Source: a virus (taxonomy: Duplodnaviria; Caudoviricetes). From it: 64,000 nucleotides of DNA. Below, one piece after another: positions 9,535 through 18,983 of the stretch (position 1 is its first letter; every line of letters starts with the position of its first letter). Where the stretch lies: positions 1 through 64,000 of IMG/VR virus record IMGVR_UViG_2795385551_000010; one strand, given 5' to 3'. Under the pieces are notes generated by a model. The model did not search any database. It was given only the letters and a program-made list of their open reading frames with translations, and was not told where the DNA came from. The position numbers and the translations under genes were made by a program.

Positions 9535-10286
9535 GTCCGACTGAGCTTCGGCCCTGGCCCGCCGATCCCGTGTCCGCATGGGCGCAGGCAGTCGCTGCCC
9601 CAGCGGCGAAGTCACGGTATGGCGAGCGGCCGTCGATCAGGCCGTTGGAGGAGATTGCGGCTGACGTGCGCGGGCAGCGGGTGTTCGTGCCGGCGGTCGC
9701 CCTGGTGTTCACCGTAGCTGGTGCGATTCTCGTCGGTGGCCTGCTGGTCGGGGTGTTCCCGCTGAGCGGGCGCAGCACCTCCGCTGGTGTGCAGTGGTTC
9801 GCCGGCGTCGTTCTGCTGATCGTTGGGCCGGCGCTGTGGCTCGGGCACCGGCAGTGGCGCAAGTATGAAGAGCGCCAGGGTTTCCCACCCGCGCGCGGTG
9901 TGCTGTGTGAGATCTATCCGACGAGCTTTCACATCGGTGACGGCGATGGGTGGTGCCTGACCTCGGTCGCTATCGACGCACGGACCCCGGATGAGCAGGT
10001 GTCGAGGATCGCGACCGCATTCCGGATCTGGCTGGCCCGCCTCGAAGCCGACAAGGAGGCCGACTCCGCCGCCAAGAATGCGTGGAACTCGGGGTTCCGG
10101 CGGCGCATCATCAACACCTTCGCATCTGACGAGATCTTCGGCCCCGAGGCCTCCGGTGGATACCTCGTCCGCGGGACCGCCAGGCGTTCACGGTGGGCGC
10201 TGCTGCTCGACTGGCGAGAACCCGAGGCCCCGGCATACCCGATGCGCAATGCGCTCGTGATCCCCGTCGACCAGGCACAGGGGTGA
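9531..10286 (+). CDS. Array family B membrane protein
   Basis: GTGA overlap; PWPADPVSAW, 2 TM, LCEIYP, EIFGPEASGGYL. Confidence 0.85.
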   Translation: MSPTELRPWPADPVSAWAQAVAAPAAKSRYGERPSIRPLEEIAADVRGQRVFVPAVALVFTVAGAILVGGLLVGVFPLSGRSTSAGVQWFAGVVLLIVGPALWLGHRQWRKYEERQGFPPARGVLCEIYPTSFHIGDGDGWCLTSVAIDARTPDEQVSRIATAFRIWLARLEADKEADSAAKNAWNSGFRRRIINTFASDEIFGPEASGGYLVRGTARRSRWALLLDWREPEAPAYPMRNALVIPVDQAQG

Positions 10287-10293
10287 GAAGCGC

Positions 10294-11091
10294 ATGGGCT
10301 GGATAGACCGACTGCGCGGGCGGGAGCGGCCGTCCACCGGAGACGCGGCGTCGGCGGACGTCGGTGTCCCGGACCTCGCCGAGCCCGTCTACGCGCGTGC
10401 GCTCGTGCTCCAAGTTGATCACGACGCGGCGATCATCGAGGTCCAGCCGCCGGGCCGAGCCTCCTTCCGAGCGGAACTGCGCAGCGGCACGGATCCAGGG
10501 AGCTTCACCGGACTGGTCATCCGCTGGCACGCCCCAGTGATCATCGACGGGGCCGACCCGAAACGCGTGATCCTGCTCGAACCACCGTGCGGCCCGGATC
10601 TGCCGCTCGTGCCAGATGATCTGCAGGCGATCCGAGACTCCCGGGACCTGCGCACGAGCGCCTTGGCGGCGCTGTACCCGCCGCCCTCCGCCGCCGAACT
10701 CGCCAACCTGATGACACCGACCGCGTCGGCGGCGCACCCGGCCTGGGACGCCGTCTGTTACCGGCTCGGCCTGCTGACGACGCCCGAGGCCCAGGCCATC
10801 CTCGATCACATCCGCCGTGACGGAAACGCCTGGGTTCGAGCAGAAGCCGAGCTGTACTCCTGGGGCCCGAGCATCCCCGACGATCTACGCAAGCAGGTCG
10901 GGGCGTTCCTGTCGCATCTGCATGATGTCGCCCCGCAGGGCCGCGGTATCGATCGCGGGCCGTTCTGGACACTCGGCGTCGCGGCCCTGATGCGCGACCT
11001 CGCCCCCAACGACGTCGACGCCCGAGTCTTCGAACTGGTGATGGGTCCGTTCGTCGACGTCTGCGGCCCGCTGCCGGAGCAGCTGCTGTAG
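10294..11091 (+). CDS. Hypothetical protein, last gene of the + operon
   Basis: 265-aa ORF 7 nt after the previous stop. Confidence 0.75.
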   Translation: MGWIDRLRGRERPSTGDAASADVGVPDLAEPVYARALVLQVDHDAAIIEVQPPGRASFRAELRSGTDPGSFTGLVIRWHAPVIIDGADPKRVILLEPPCGPDLPLVPDDLQAIRDSRDLRTSALAALYPPPSAAELANLMTPTASAAHPAWDAVCYRLGLLTTPEAQAILDHIRRDGNAWVRAEAELYSWGPSIPDDLRKQVGAFLSHLHDVAPQGRGIDRGPFWTLGVAALMRDLAPNDVDARVFELVMGPFVDVCGPLPEQLL

Positions 11092-11104
11092 CGCGTTGCT
11101 CGGT

Positions 11105-11866
11105 TCACAGCGTTGGGAAGCCCTCCGGTTCTCCCCTGCAGGGCGCGAGCCAGGACAGTCGCCGGTCGCAGCCCACATCGACCATGCTGACTGGCGATCG
11201 GACCTGGTAGACGACGTAGGCGTCCGCGCCCAATCGGGCATCGATACCTATTTGCGTGTGTGCAGTGTCGGGGTCGTCCGGGGTGGGCATCGTGCAGCGG
11301 TCCAGCTGATGAGACGGCGGTACTCCTTCGGGATTCATCCACCAGAGACCTGTCGCAAACTCGTCGATCCTGCTGGCACCGACGTCGGGGGTCAGCACGT
11401 CGAAGAGTGGCTCGGCACAGGAGGGTTCACCCGCAGAGTGGCCACGGAGGCGCTGTGCGACCTGCGCTGCGTCACCGGCATCGGGCGGCAGCGCGTAGAT
11501 CTCGTAGGCCAGGAGCGCGCATTGTTGCCAGTAGAACATGACCACGTCCTGCTCACCGTCGCCATCGCTGTAGCGCGGGGACATCCAACACGAGACCTGA
11601 GTCCATGAGCGCGCCGGGTTTCCTAAGCTCGCGAGCGGTGGCCGGAACTCGTCCTGTTTGGCGAGCAGTTTTGCGCGTCCGGTGGAGACGTCGTCAACCA
11701 GCTGACGGGCGTTGTTCGCCTTGAGAATCCCCGAGACGGGGCCGGGAACGAATACGAAAAGTGCCAGCACCACCACCCCGCTGAGAACACCGAACGTCCA
11801 GCGGCGGCGCGGTGACCACGGCACCGCAGTCGCTTCCACGTCCGCTGGTTCCTGCCCATCACCCAT
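11105..11866 (-). CDS. Single-TM protein with Cys-containing extracellular domain
   Basis: RRRWTFGVLSGVVVLALFVFVP anchor; six Cys downstream. Confidence 0.8.
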   Translation of the reverse strand: MGDGQEPADVEATAVPWSPRRRWTFGVLSGVVVLALFVFVPGPVSGILKANNARQLVDDVSTGRAKLLAKQDEFRPPLASLGNPARSWTQVSCWMSPRYSDGDGEQDVVMFYWQQCALLAYEIYALPPDAGDAAQVAQRLRGHSAGEPSCAEPLFDVLTPDVGASRIDEFATGLWWMNPEGVPPSHQLDRCTMPTPDDPDTAHTQIGIDARLGADAYVVYQVRSPVSMVDVGCDRRLSWLAPCRGEPEGFPTL

Positions 11867-11908
11867 ACACGCCACGATATCGACGCGGGCGCACCCGGCC
11901 TTCGCGCC

Positions 11909-12424
11909 TCAACTGAGCGCACCGAGGATGGCGACTGTGGTCCATGCCGCGGCGACGGCTGCCAGTGCGAGCGACACCCACAGCAACGCCCAGAACGCAC
12001 CAGAGCCGTCACGCGGACCACGCGCCGACCAGAGCAGGGCGATACCCACTCCAAGCCCGTTCGCGCTGACCCCGAGTGCGACCACGGGTAGCGCGAACAT
12101 GCACGCGACGACGAAGAGAGCGGAGATCAACACCAGGATCGTCAGCGCCGCCCGAGTCCACCCTTGCTCGGGATCGTGCCGGCGGCGCAGGACGGTCTCG
12201 AGGATGCTGAACCCGGGGAAAGAAGCGATGAGCCCGCCCATCACGGTCAGCGAGTAGAACACCGGCGCGAACAAGAGCGCCTTGTTCTCCGCGGGGACGT
12301 TGCCGGTCGTCGCACCGAGGGCAAGCATCCCCGTGAACAACAGTGCGCCCAGGATGAGCGGTGCCGTCCCCGTGACGGACGCGCGATCTCCCGCGCCCCT
12401 GGGGGCCGCGCTCCGTCTACTCAC
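11909..12424 (-). CDS. Multi-TM membrane protein
   Basis: GTGA overlap with the stop at 12421; about five hydrophobic helices. Confidence 0.75.
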   Translation of the reverse strand: MSRRSAAPRGAGDRASVTGTAPLILGALLFTGMLALGATTGNVPAENKALLFAPVFYSLTVMGGLIASFPGFSILETVLRRRHDPEQGWTRAALTILVLISALFVVACMFALPVVALGVSANGLGVGIALLWSARGPRDGSGAFWALLWVSLALAAVAAAWTTVAILGALS

Positions 12425-12738
12425 CGCCGCCGTTCCCAGTCGACGAACCAGGTGGACTTTCGGTTCGGTTTCTTTGGGTCGTAGCGGATCCAGTGCTTGC
12501 TGCCGACGTAGGGCTTGTGGGTGCGCGTCATGGCCTTGTGATCGTGCTCGATTCCTTGGGAGTCGGTGAAGCGCAGGATGACGTCGTAGTACGCGTGGAC
12601 GTTGCTGCCCTTCGAGCGCTTCACCTCGACCACCTTCGCCCGCACCCGCGGCCCGGTGAGCCGGATACTCCGAGCACGCTCGGCGCGGCGGTGTCGCCAC
12701 CCGAACAGAGCGCCGAGGAAGTTCTTTGCGCGACTCAT
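12421..12738 (-). CDS. DUF3592-like protein
   Basis: GPRVRAKVV...YDVILRFTDSQG...VGSKHWIRYDPKKP pattern; ATGA overlap. Confidence 0.75.
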   Translation of the reverse strand: MSRAKNFLGALFGWRHRRAERARSIRLTGPRVRAKVVEVKRSKGSNVHAYYDVILRFTDSQGIEHDHKAMTRTHKPYVGSKHWIRYDPKKPNRKSTWFVDWERRR

Positions 12739-13277
12739 GTCACTGGGCCTTCTGCGGGATCTGGTGCATCGACGAACCCGAGGAACAACACATCCTTCAG
12801 GTCGTCCGGGTCGCCGGTGTTGTGGCGGAACCGGACCATCTGTCCAAGCTCCGGCGCCGTGCGCTCAGACACCCGGCAGGTGCGACGGATGCCCCCATTC
12901 GGAAGCCTGGCCGCGATCGTGATGTCGTATGCGGGCAGTGCCTCTGGATCCGTGTGTTCATCGACAACGATCTTGGTGATAGTGCCGCCGGTTTCCTTAC
13001 CGTCGGCATACCGTGCGACGTCGAGCCTGAACGAGGCCAGGCACCACGGGAGGATCGACACCACGAGTACTGCGAAGGCTGCGAGGAAGACCCACCACGG
13101 GCCCGGCTTCCCGAGGACTTCGCGGATCGCAGCCACGACGACGGTGATCACGAACCCCGTCAACCCGAGGCAGGCCAGCCCGAAGAAGACGCGCTTGAGG
13201 AACACCCACCGGCGGATCCGCGCCCGGGTCTCGGGCGTCCGCGCCAGGGCCATCCACGCTGTGGCGTCGCGGTTCAC
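12735..13277 (-). CDS. Array family A membrane protein
   Basis: GTGA overlap; WMALARTPETRARIRRW, 2 TM, GQMVRFRHNTGDPDDLKDVLF. Confidence 0.85.
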   Translation of the reverse strand: MNRDATAWMALARTPETRARIRRWVFLKRVFFGLACLGLTGFVITVVVAAIREVLGKPGPWWVFLAAFAVLVVSILPWCLASFRLDVARYADGKETGGTITKIVVDEHTDPEALPAYDITIAARLPNGGIRRTCRVSERTAPELGQMVRFRHNTGDPDDLKDVLFLGFVDAPDPAEGPVT

Positions 13278-13897
13278 GAGACGAACCTGCGCTTCCCGTT
13301 TAGGAACGGCGACCCTGCTGCGGGTTGTTGGAGGCTTGAGAACTCGGTGTTGCCGTGGAGGCCGGTGATCAGGTAGCCGCTGCGTCGCACGTCGTCGTGT
13401 GCTTCGGTGAGCAGAACCATGGTGTCGGCCAGGTCCGGGTCGGCGAAGGCGTACACATGCCAGCTGCTCTCGGGCGTGAACCGGTCGATCGACGCCTCGT
13501 TGATGAGATCGCCCAGCCAGGCTGTGTGTGTCTTCCCGTCGGCTCCGTCGTAGTCGACGATGACCTTCTTCGTTTGTGCTTCCGCTGTGGTGTCGGGTTG
13601 GTCCCATTCGCGGATCTCGCGCACGCGCGCCACCCGGGGGGTGTGGTCCAGCGCGGGCAGTGGTGTGCTCGACATCGCCTGGAGCCACCCGACGCCGCAC
13701 GCGATCGCGACCACGAGGATGGCGAAGAACAGCATCACGCCGCGGACAGTCCCGTCGAGCGGCAAGGACAAGATGCCCCAGCTCAGAAGGACTGAGCTGA
13801 TCAGGAACAGCCCGAACCACGTCCCACCGTCGGTCCAGAGAGAGCTGCGCGAGCCGTTCACCGGACCTAGCCGGCGGCTGTCTGCTGCGCCGGTCAT
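13274..13897 (-). CDS. Array family C membrane protein
   Basis: ATGA overlap; 2 TM; LPALDHTPRVA...WHVYAFADPDLADTMVLLTEAHDDVRRSG. Confidence 0.85.
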   Translation of the reverse strand: MTGAADSRRLGPVNGSRSSLWTDGGTWFGLFLISSVLLSWGILSLPLDGTVRGVMLFFAILVVAIACGVGWLQAMSSTPLPALDHTPRVARVREIREWDQPDTTAEAQTKKVIVDYDGADGKTHTAWLGDLINEASIDRFTPESSWHVYAFADPDLADTMVLLTEAHDDVRRSGYLITGLHGNTEFSSLQQPAAGSPFLNGKRRFVS

Positions 13898-14538
13898 GCC
13901 GCGAACTCCCATCTTGAGTCCTCGCCGAAGAACGGCGATCCCGGGCGGGGCTTGCGGAACTGGCCGGTGTGCACCTCGCCGCGGACCCCGAGCCAGAGGT
14001 AGATGCCCGAGCGCAGCACCTCGTCGTGGGCCTCCGTCAGGAACACCACGGTGTCCGCGAGCGCTGTATCGCGGAACGCGTACACCTGCCAGGTGCTCCC
14101 GATGGGGAAGCGATCGAGCCAGGATTCATCGACGTCATCGGCGAGATGCACTTCGTATTGTTTGCCATCCCTGCCCTGATAGGTCACGTACAGGCCGGGC
14201 CAACCGGTCACTGAGTCGGTGCCCTCGTTCGCCGAGACCGTCGCAACGCGCGGGGTCCGGTCGATGGCCGGCAGGGTGTCGAGAGATTTCGGGCTGAGAA
14301 GCACTGCGCGCAGGATCACGATGGCAGAGAAGAGCACGAGGAGTCCGATGAAAGCCCACATGAACACCGGCCCCAGCGCTACCAAGAGGACGGCGAGCCC
14401 AACGACCCCGATGATGCAGGCGATGACGATCGTCGGCATCACTCGGTCGTAGCGGTGGATGAACGGCATGTCGGGCCCGTACCCGATGCCCAGCAGCCGC
14501 ATCGTGACCCGGTCGAACACTGATCCGCACTTGCTCAT
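13894..14538 (-). CDS. Array family C membrane protein
   Basis: ATGA overlap; 2 TM; LPAIDRTPRVA...WQVYAFRDTALADTVVFLTEAHDEVLRSG. Confidence 0.85.
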   Translation of the reverse strand: MSKCGSVFDRVTMRLLGIGYGPDMPFIHRYDRVMPTIVIACIIGVVGLAVLLVALGPVFMWAFIGLLVLFSAIVILRAVLLSPKSLDTLPAIDRTPRVATVSANEGTDSVTGWPGLYVTYQGRDGKQYEVHLADDVDESWLDRFPIGSTWQVYAFRDTALADTVVFLTEAHDEVLRSGIYLWLGVRGEVHTGQFRKPRPGSPFFGEDSRWEFAA

Positions 14539-15236
14539 GACGACATCTCTTCGATCCGTGCTTGCGCCCGGTCCCTGCGGTAAGCGCATGCAGCGTATAA
14601 CCAGAAACCGAGCGGGATCGCGACGATGCTGGCCGGGAACAGCACCGCGGGGTTCGTCCAGCCAGGGAAGCCGTCGAACGGATGATTTCCGAGGAAGAGC
14701 ATGCCGATGAGAAGCCAGCATGCCGTCGGGACGACGAGCATGACCCCGCCCCAGCCGATCATGAAGCACAGGCTCGCGAGAACACCCCAGATCCGGTAGC
14801 CAAGCGTCCCAGGACCGTGCGGCCGGAACGGTGCCAGCTCTCCGTCGAGCTCCGCCGGCCATTGGACGACGAGCACGTCGCAGTCGTAGGTCGGATCGAG
14901 CGTCGTGTGGCGGATGACGACTTCCTTCCCGATGAGCCTGCGGCCCGCGGACGGGCCGAGCAGCGGGGACCGGACCGTCCGAGGCAACGTCACATGCTTA
15001 CCGTCGACACTCACGTCGATGTGGATGACGAGGTCATCGTCTGTCGGTCCACCCTCGGGGGAGTCGTTCGACACGGCGTAGCGGATGACGCCGACAGTCT
15101 CTCGCCCCTCGATGAGCTCTTTGCGGAGCGGGGCAGGGCGCGGCTTCGGCGGAGGGGTGAACTCGCTGGCCATGGCCTTCCCGATCCGTCTGAGCACAGA
15201 CCGAGCTGACCGTTGGCCGGGTGAATGATTGCTCAT
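14535..15236 (-). CDS. Array family A variant (beta domain N-terminal, 2 TM C-terminal)
   Basis: ATGA overlap; GKEVVIRHTTLDPTYDCDVL precedes two TM helices. Confidence 0.8.
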   Translation of the reverse strand: MSNHSPGQRSARSVLRRIGKAMASEFTPPPKPRPAPLRKELIEGRETVGVIRYAVSNDSPEGGPTDDDLVIHIDVSVDGKHVTLPRTVRSPLLGPSAGRRLIGKEVVIRHTTLDPTYDCDVLVVQWPAELDGELAPFRPHGPGTLGYRIWGVLASLCFMIGWGGVMLVVPTACWLLIGMLFLGNHPFDGFPGWTNPAVLFPASIVAIPLGFWLYAACAYRRDRAQARIEEMSS

Positions 15237-16051
15237 GATCCGCTCCTCATCGAGTCCCAGTCGATGCCGATCGAGTCGGCGTGCTCGGTGGTCCACCACA
15301 CGGGCAGGGCGTGCGCATGGTGCCAGGGGTTGCCCAGCCGAGCCTTACGGCGGCGGGGGATCGCGAGGAACCAGCGGTGGTGGCGGTCCACGCAGGTGAT
15401 GAAGCCGCCCTTCGCGTCCGGGCCGAAGAGCAGCTCGGTGGGGAGCACCTCCGGGTCCTCCCGCTTCCATCGCCGCCAGAACTCGGCATAGGCCGACGGA
15501 TCCTGCTCGAGCTGGGTCGCCCACTGTTCGCAGGCGCTGACGATGCGCATCGCTTTCTCGCCGTCCATCCGAACGGTCTCGCCTTCGATGCCTCCGCCGC
15601 CGAGCAGGATCGTCGCGACGGCGGCGCTCGACGGGTGCTTGCGCAGCCGCAGCCGGTACGGGTGCGCCTCGCACAGCATCGCGGAATCCACGACCCACGC
15701 GGTCGGCCCCCAAGACCGGCGCGGGTACAGCAGCAAGAAGACACCGAGCGGCACCATCACTGCGGCTACCAACGCCGCCATTCCGACGACGAGCCAGTCC
15801 TCCGGCTCGCCCGAGAGCGACCGAAGCAGCATCATCACGCTTATCGCCGTGACAACGAGCAGCCCGACCCCGGCAACCTGGTTCATCAGACCGCTCATCT
15901 TCTGCAGCCGGGTGCCGAGATCGTCCATACGGGGGATCGCCTCAGGCCGGTCGGAGAGACGGTGCGTCCGCGCGCGCTCTTCCACGGCGGCCCACGCCGT
16001 GGCCGGATCGCCCGGCCAGGGCTGCACTGCGATCTCATCTACTCGGCTCAT
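15233..16051 (-). CDS. Array family B membrane protein
   Basis: PWPGDPATAW, 2 TM, LCEAHP, ELLFGPDAKGGFI; alternative GTG start at 16057 overlaps the upstream stop. Confidence 0.85.
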   Translation of the reverse strand: MSRVDEIAVQPWPGDPATAWAAVEERARTHRLSDRPEAIPRMDDLGTRLQKMSGLMNQVAGVGLLVVTAISVMMLLRSLSGEPEDWLVVGMAALVAAVMVPLGVFLLLYPRRSWGPTAWVVDSAMLCEAHPYRLRLRKHPSSAAVATILLGGGGIEGETVRMDGEKAMRIVSACEQWATQLEQDPSAYAEFWRRWKREDPEVLPTELLFGPDAKGGFITCVDRHHRWFLAIPRRRKARLGNPWHHAHALPVWWTTEHADSIGIDWDSMRSGS

Positions 16052-16053
16052 CG

Positions 16054-16674
16054 TCACCACCCCTTCGTCTCGCGGTCCGGCCAGCCATCGAAGCGCACGT
16101 CGTACAGATCGTCGGGGTCGACCGTGTTGTGCAGGATGCGGATCCTGCGCCCGATCCAGGTCTCGTCCGGGCCGCCGTGATCGCTCCTGCCGCCGTCGAG
16201 GTGCCGGTGCAGCGTGAGCTCGTCGGAGGGCCAGGCGGTCACACGGACGCGGTAGACGGTGATGAGGTCGCCCTCGCCGTCCCGCTCCTCCCAGCTCGTC
16301 ACGCCCTCGACGACACCGATCGCGCTGTCCGCGTCGGCGTACTGGGCCCTGCCCAGCAGAGAGCTGGCGATGCCATACGGGATCGCCCCCAGCACTACGA
16401 CGCCGGTCGCGATCGGGAAGCCCCAGAACAGGATCTCGGGGTAAACGGTGCGTGTGATCCAGAACCAGATCATGCTCCCGAGGGTCACCGGGAGCATGAG
16501 CAGGAGCAGGAGGCCGCCGACCACCATGGGCCAGATGGTGATGTTTTCGATCCGAGACAGGCGGCGGATCCGGGCGCGGGTCTCCGGGGTCTTCGCGAGG
16601 CTCGCCCAGTGCTCGGCATGCTGGTCCTTCGTGGGCCGATCCCACGTCCGAGAGAAGAGCCGGAGTCTGCTCAT
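16054..16674 (-). CDS. Array family A membrane protein
   Basis: ATGA overlap; WASLAKTPETRARIRRL, 2 TM, GRRIRILHNTVDPDDLYDVRFDGWPD. Confidence 0.85.
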   Translation of the reverse strand: MSRLRLFSRTWDRPTKDQHAEHWASLAKTPETRARIRRLSRIENITIWPMVVGGLLLLLMLPVTLGSMIWFWITRTVYPEILFWGFPIATGVVVLGAIPYGIASSLLGRAQYADADSAIGVVEGVTSWEERDGEGDLITVYRVRVTAWPSDELTLHRHLDGGRSDHGGPDETWIGRRIRILHNTVDPDDLYDVRFDGWPDRETKGW

Positions 16675-17288
16675 GACCGGCTCCCGTTCCGGTCCGGCCA
16701 GCCGTCGAAGCGCACGTCCCGCAGATCGTCGGGATCGAGGGTGTTGTGGCGGAACCGGATCGATCTGCCTACCCATCTTCGGGGGATGGGCCAGCTGGTG
16801 TTGTCCTCGCCCCAGTCGAGCCTGCGGCGCAACAATGTCCCGTCGGGGAGCTCTGCGCCGATGAGCAACTCGTAGGTGGTCTGCTCGTCCCCACCGCCCG
16901 GGTGGGTGATGACTTCCTCGACACGCCCGACCGTCGACTGTCCGTCGGCGTAGAGCGCCGTCAACCGCCGGTCACTCGCATACGACCCGGACCAGGCACC
17001 TGCGAGCAGCAGGATGAATGCGGCGCCGAGCGGAGCAAACAGGAACCACAGCCACGGCGGGGCCTGATCGTCGAACGCGCTCCAAATACCTGAGGTGAGA
17101 CCGAGAACCGGGGCGGCGAAGACGCAGATGCCGCCGAGCAGCAGCAACCAGAAGCTGACGGACTCCCATCTCGCCCAGCGCCGGATCTCCGTTCGGGTCT
17201 CGACAGTCCGTGCCCGCGCCATCCACTGCCTGGTCTGCTGATCGGTCCCGAACACACTTCGCAGCGTGATAATCCGGAAGCTGCTCAT
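16671..17288 (-). CDS. Array family A membrane protein
   Basis: ATGA overlap; WMARARTVETRTEIRRW, 2 TM, GRSIRFRHNTLDPDDLRDVRFDGWPD. Confidence 0.85.
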   Translation of the reverse strand: MSSFRIITLRSVFGTDQQTRQWMARARTVETRTEIRRWARWESVSFWLLLLGGICVFAAPVLGLTSGIWSAFDDQAPPWLWFLFAPLGAAFILLLAGAWSGSYASDRRLTALYADGQSTVGRVEEVITHPGGGDEQTTYELLIGAELPDGTLLRRRLDWGEDNTSWPIPRRWVGRSIRFRHNTLDPDDLRDVRFDGWPDRNGSRS

Positions 17289-18118
17289 GACGTACTCCGT
17301 CGTTCTGTCTTCCGGTGGAGTCTGCGGCGGATCCTCGCGAGTCTCTTCGGTACCGGCACAGGTGTGACGATCACGTCGCGCTCGTCCTCTTGCGGTTGGG
17401 TGATGAGCATCCACTGGTGCTCGGTGGTGTCTCCGGCGATCGTTGAGACGGGGAGATGCAGGATGAAGTACCCACCCTTGGCCTGCGGACCGAACAGCGT
17501 CTCCGAGGAGATCGGCTTGGAGCCCGAAGGCGGCAGTCCTGCCTGAAAGAGCCACAGCTCGAACGCGGCGTGAATCGTCGCAGCCTGTCCGTCATCGAGG
17601 CGGTGGTCGAGGGCGATGTACGTCGCCCAGCGAGCCTCACCGTCGTCGTAGTCGATGCAGGCGCGATGGATCGAGTGCGCGACGCCGTGCCCGTAGACCC
17701 ACGCGTTCTCGACACGCAGATCCCTCAGCGCACTGAGCCGCAGCAGCAGAACCCCGACGGCGATGAGCAGCCATACGGTGACGCCGATCCATGCGAGCCA
17801 CGGCACCCAAGCCAGCCACGTATCACGGCTCGCACCATTTGCCGCGATGCTCCAGCCAGCACTCGTCGGGTCGGTGATCATCTGGTAGATCAGGAAACCG
17901 ATGACAGCGAGGGGAAGGAACACCCAGAACACGGGCGCGTACACGAGCTCGGTGCGCCGCAGATCCTCGCTGCCGGCCCATCGGCTAATCTCGTCGACCG
18001 ACTCCGGACGCGGAACGTCGTGAGAGCGATCGAGGGTGGTCGGCATCGATGCGCTCGCGCTCGCCCATATCACTGAGTGATCGCTGGGGGTCGCCATCCC
18101 CGGGCTGTGCTGCGGCAT
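17285..18118 (-). CDS. Array family B membrane protein, first gene of the - operon
   Basis: GGAGG SD upstream; 2 TM; ETLFGPQAKGGYFIL. Confidence 0.85.
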   Translation of the reverse strand: MPQHSPGMATPSDHSVIWASASASMPTTLDRSHDVPRPESVDEISRWAGSEDLRRTELVYAPVFWVFLPLAVIGFLIYQMITDPTSAGWSIAANGASRDTWLAWVPWLAWIGVTVWLLIAVGVLLLRLSALRDLRVENAWVYGHGVAHSIHRACIDYDDGEARWATYIALDHRLDDGQAATIHAAFELWLFQAGLPPSGSKPISSETLFGPQAKGGYFILHLPVSTIAGDTTEHQWMLITQPQEDERDVIVTPVPVPKRLARIRRRLHRKTERRSTS

Positions 18119-18483
18119 GTGTCCGCCCCTCCCGTCAGGTCAGGGATCGCCATAGTGTGGTGCGGTTCTGTGTCGTCCCGACCAGTGCTCACCGCCGTCC
18201 GCGGGGTGCGTAACGTCCCTTCTCTTCTCTATCCACACTGTCCCATGACGCGTGCTACCGATCACAAGGAGAAGCGTTTTCGGGGAGCGCGCAATTCGTC
18301 TCGAGCTCGACGCGGTTTCCCCGGAATCGAAGCATCCGGCCCGAGCTGGCGTTTCAGTGGCCTCGGAAACCGACGCGTGGCGCCTCACGTGAGTTACAGC
18401 CTCAGCCGTTCCTTACTTCCCGATCGGCGCGTAGCTGCCAGATGGCCAGATTCGCGCTTGCGAGCACCCACCCCAGAAACGAG

Positions 18484-18509
18484 AAAACCACCCGCTATCA
18501 GGTGGTTTT
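18484..18509 (-). terminator. Hairpin just downstream of the displaced tRNA-Phe 3' end
   Basis: AAAACCACC-N8-GGTGGTTTT perfect inverted repeat, followed by T-rich sequence on the - strand. Confidence 0.7.
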
Positions 18510-18510
18510 A

Positions 18511-18556
18511 TGGTGGCCAGGGCCGGGATCGAACCGGCGACCTTCCGCTTTTCAGG
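18511..18556 (-). repeat. AICE att core: duplicated 3' 46 bp of tRNA-Phe
   Basis: Identical to 28246..28291 (tggtggccagggccgggatcgaaccggcgaccttccgcttttcagg). Confidence 0.97.
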
Positions 18557-18650
18557 TGGATAAAATGGCCACTGACCTGCGGTTTAACTGCTTTCGTACG
18601 TCAAATACGGCGCACTGAGCAGGTCCGACGCATTCAGTCTGTCTGACGAT

Positions 18651-18667
18651 CGGACATAAACCGGACA
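18651..18667 (+). promoter_or_regulatory. Probable integrase arm-type site pair
   Basis: CGGACATAAACCGGACA matches CGGACAGAAACCGGACA at 28180..28196 (1 mismatch). Confidence 0.65.
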
Positions 18668-18955
18668 TAGTTCCTGCACTCCCGACATGGGAAAACCCCG
18701 ACGCTCCTCATTCCAGTGATCTGCGTCGGGGTCCCAGGGAGCAGGTACTCCGATGCCCAGCATCGCACCATCAGTCAGCCTCGACAACCCTGACCGGGAG
18801 ACGACTTCCGGCATCAGGAAACCTCGCCAGCGCAGACGAGATGACTCGGCCGAAGCCGTGGACGTCGGCCGGTCGCGAGCGCCCGAGGCCCGAAGGGCCG
18901 TAGGGCGCGAGAGCGTCAGCGGTCGGCCGGACGGCGGGAGCGGCGCAGGCCCCAA

Positions 18956-18983
18956 CCCGGCCACAGCCGCCGGGCTTGTTATA
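18956..18983 (+). promoter_or_regulatory. Candidate double-strand origin for rolling-circle replication
   Basis: CCCGGC/GCCGGG hairpin followed by CTTGTTATA, resembling the pC194-type CTTGATA nick motif; upstream of rep. Confidence 0.4.

Noticed and set aside
8584-17555. Long N-terminal extensions of array ORFs in the ORF track
   Set aside because: They overlap upstream genes; stop/start overlaps give better starts
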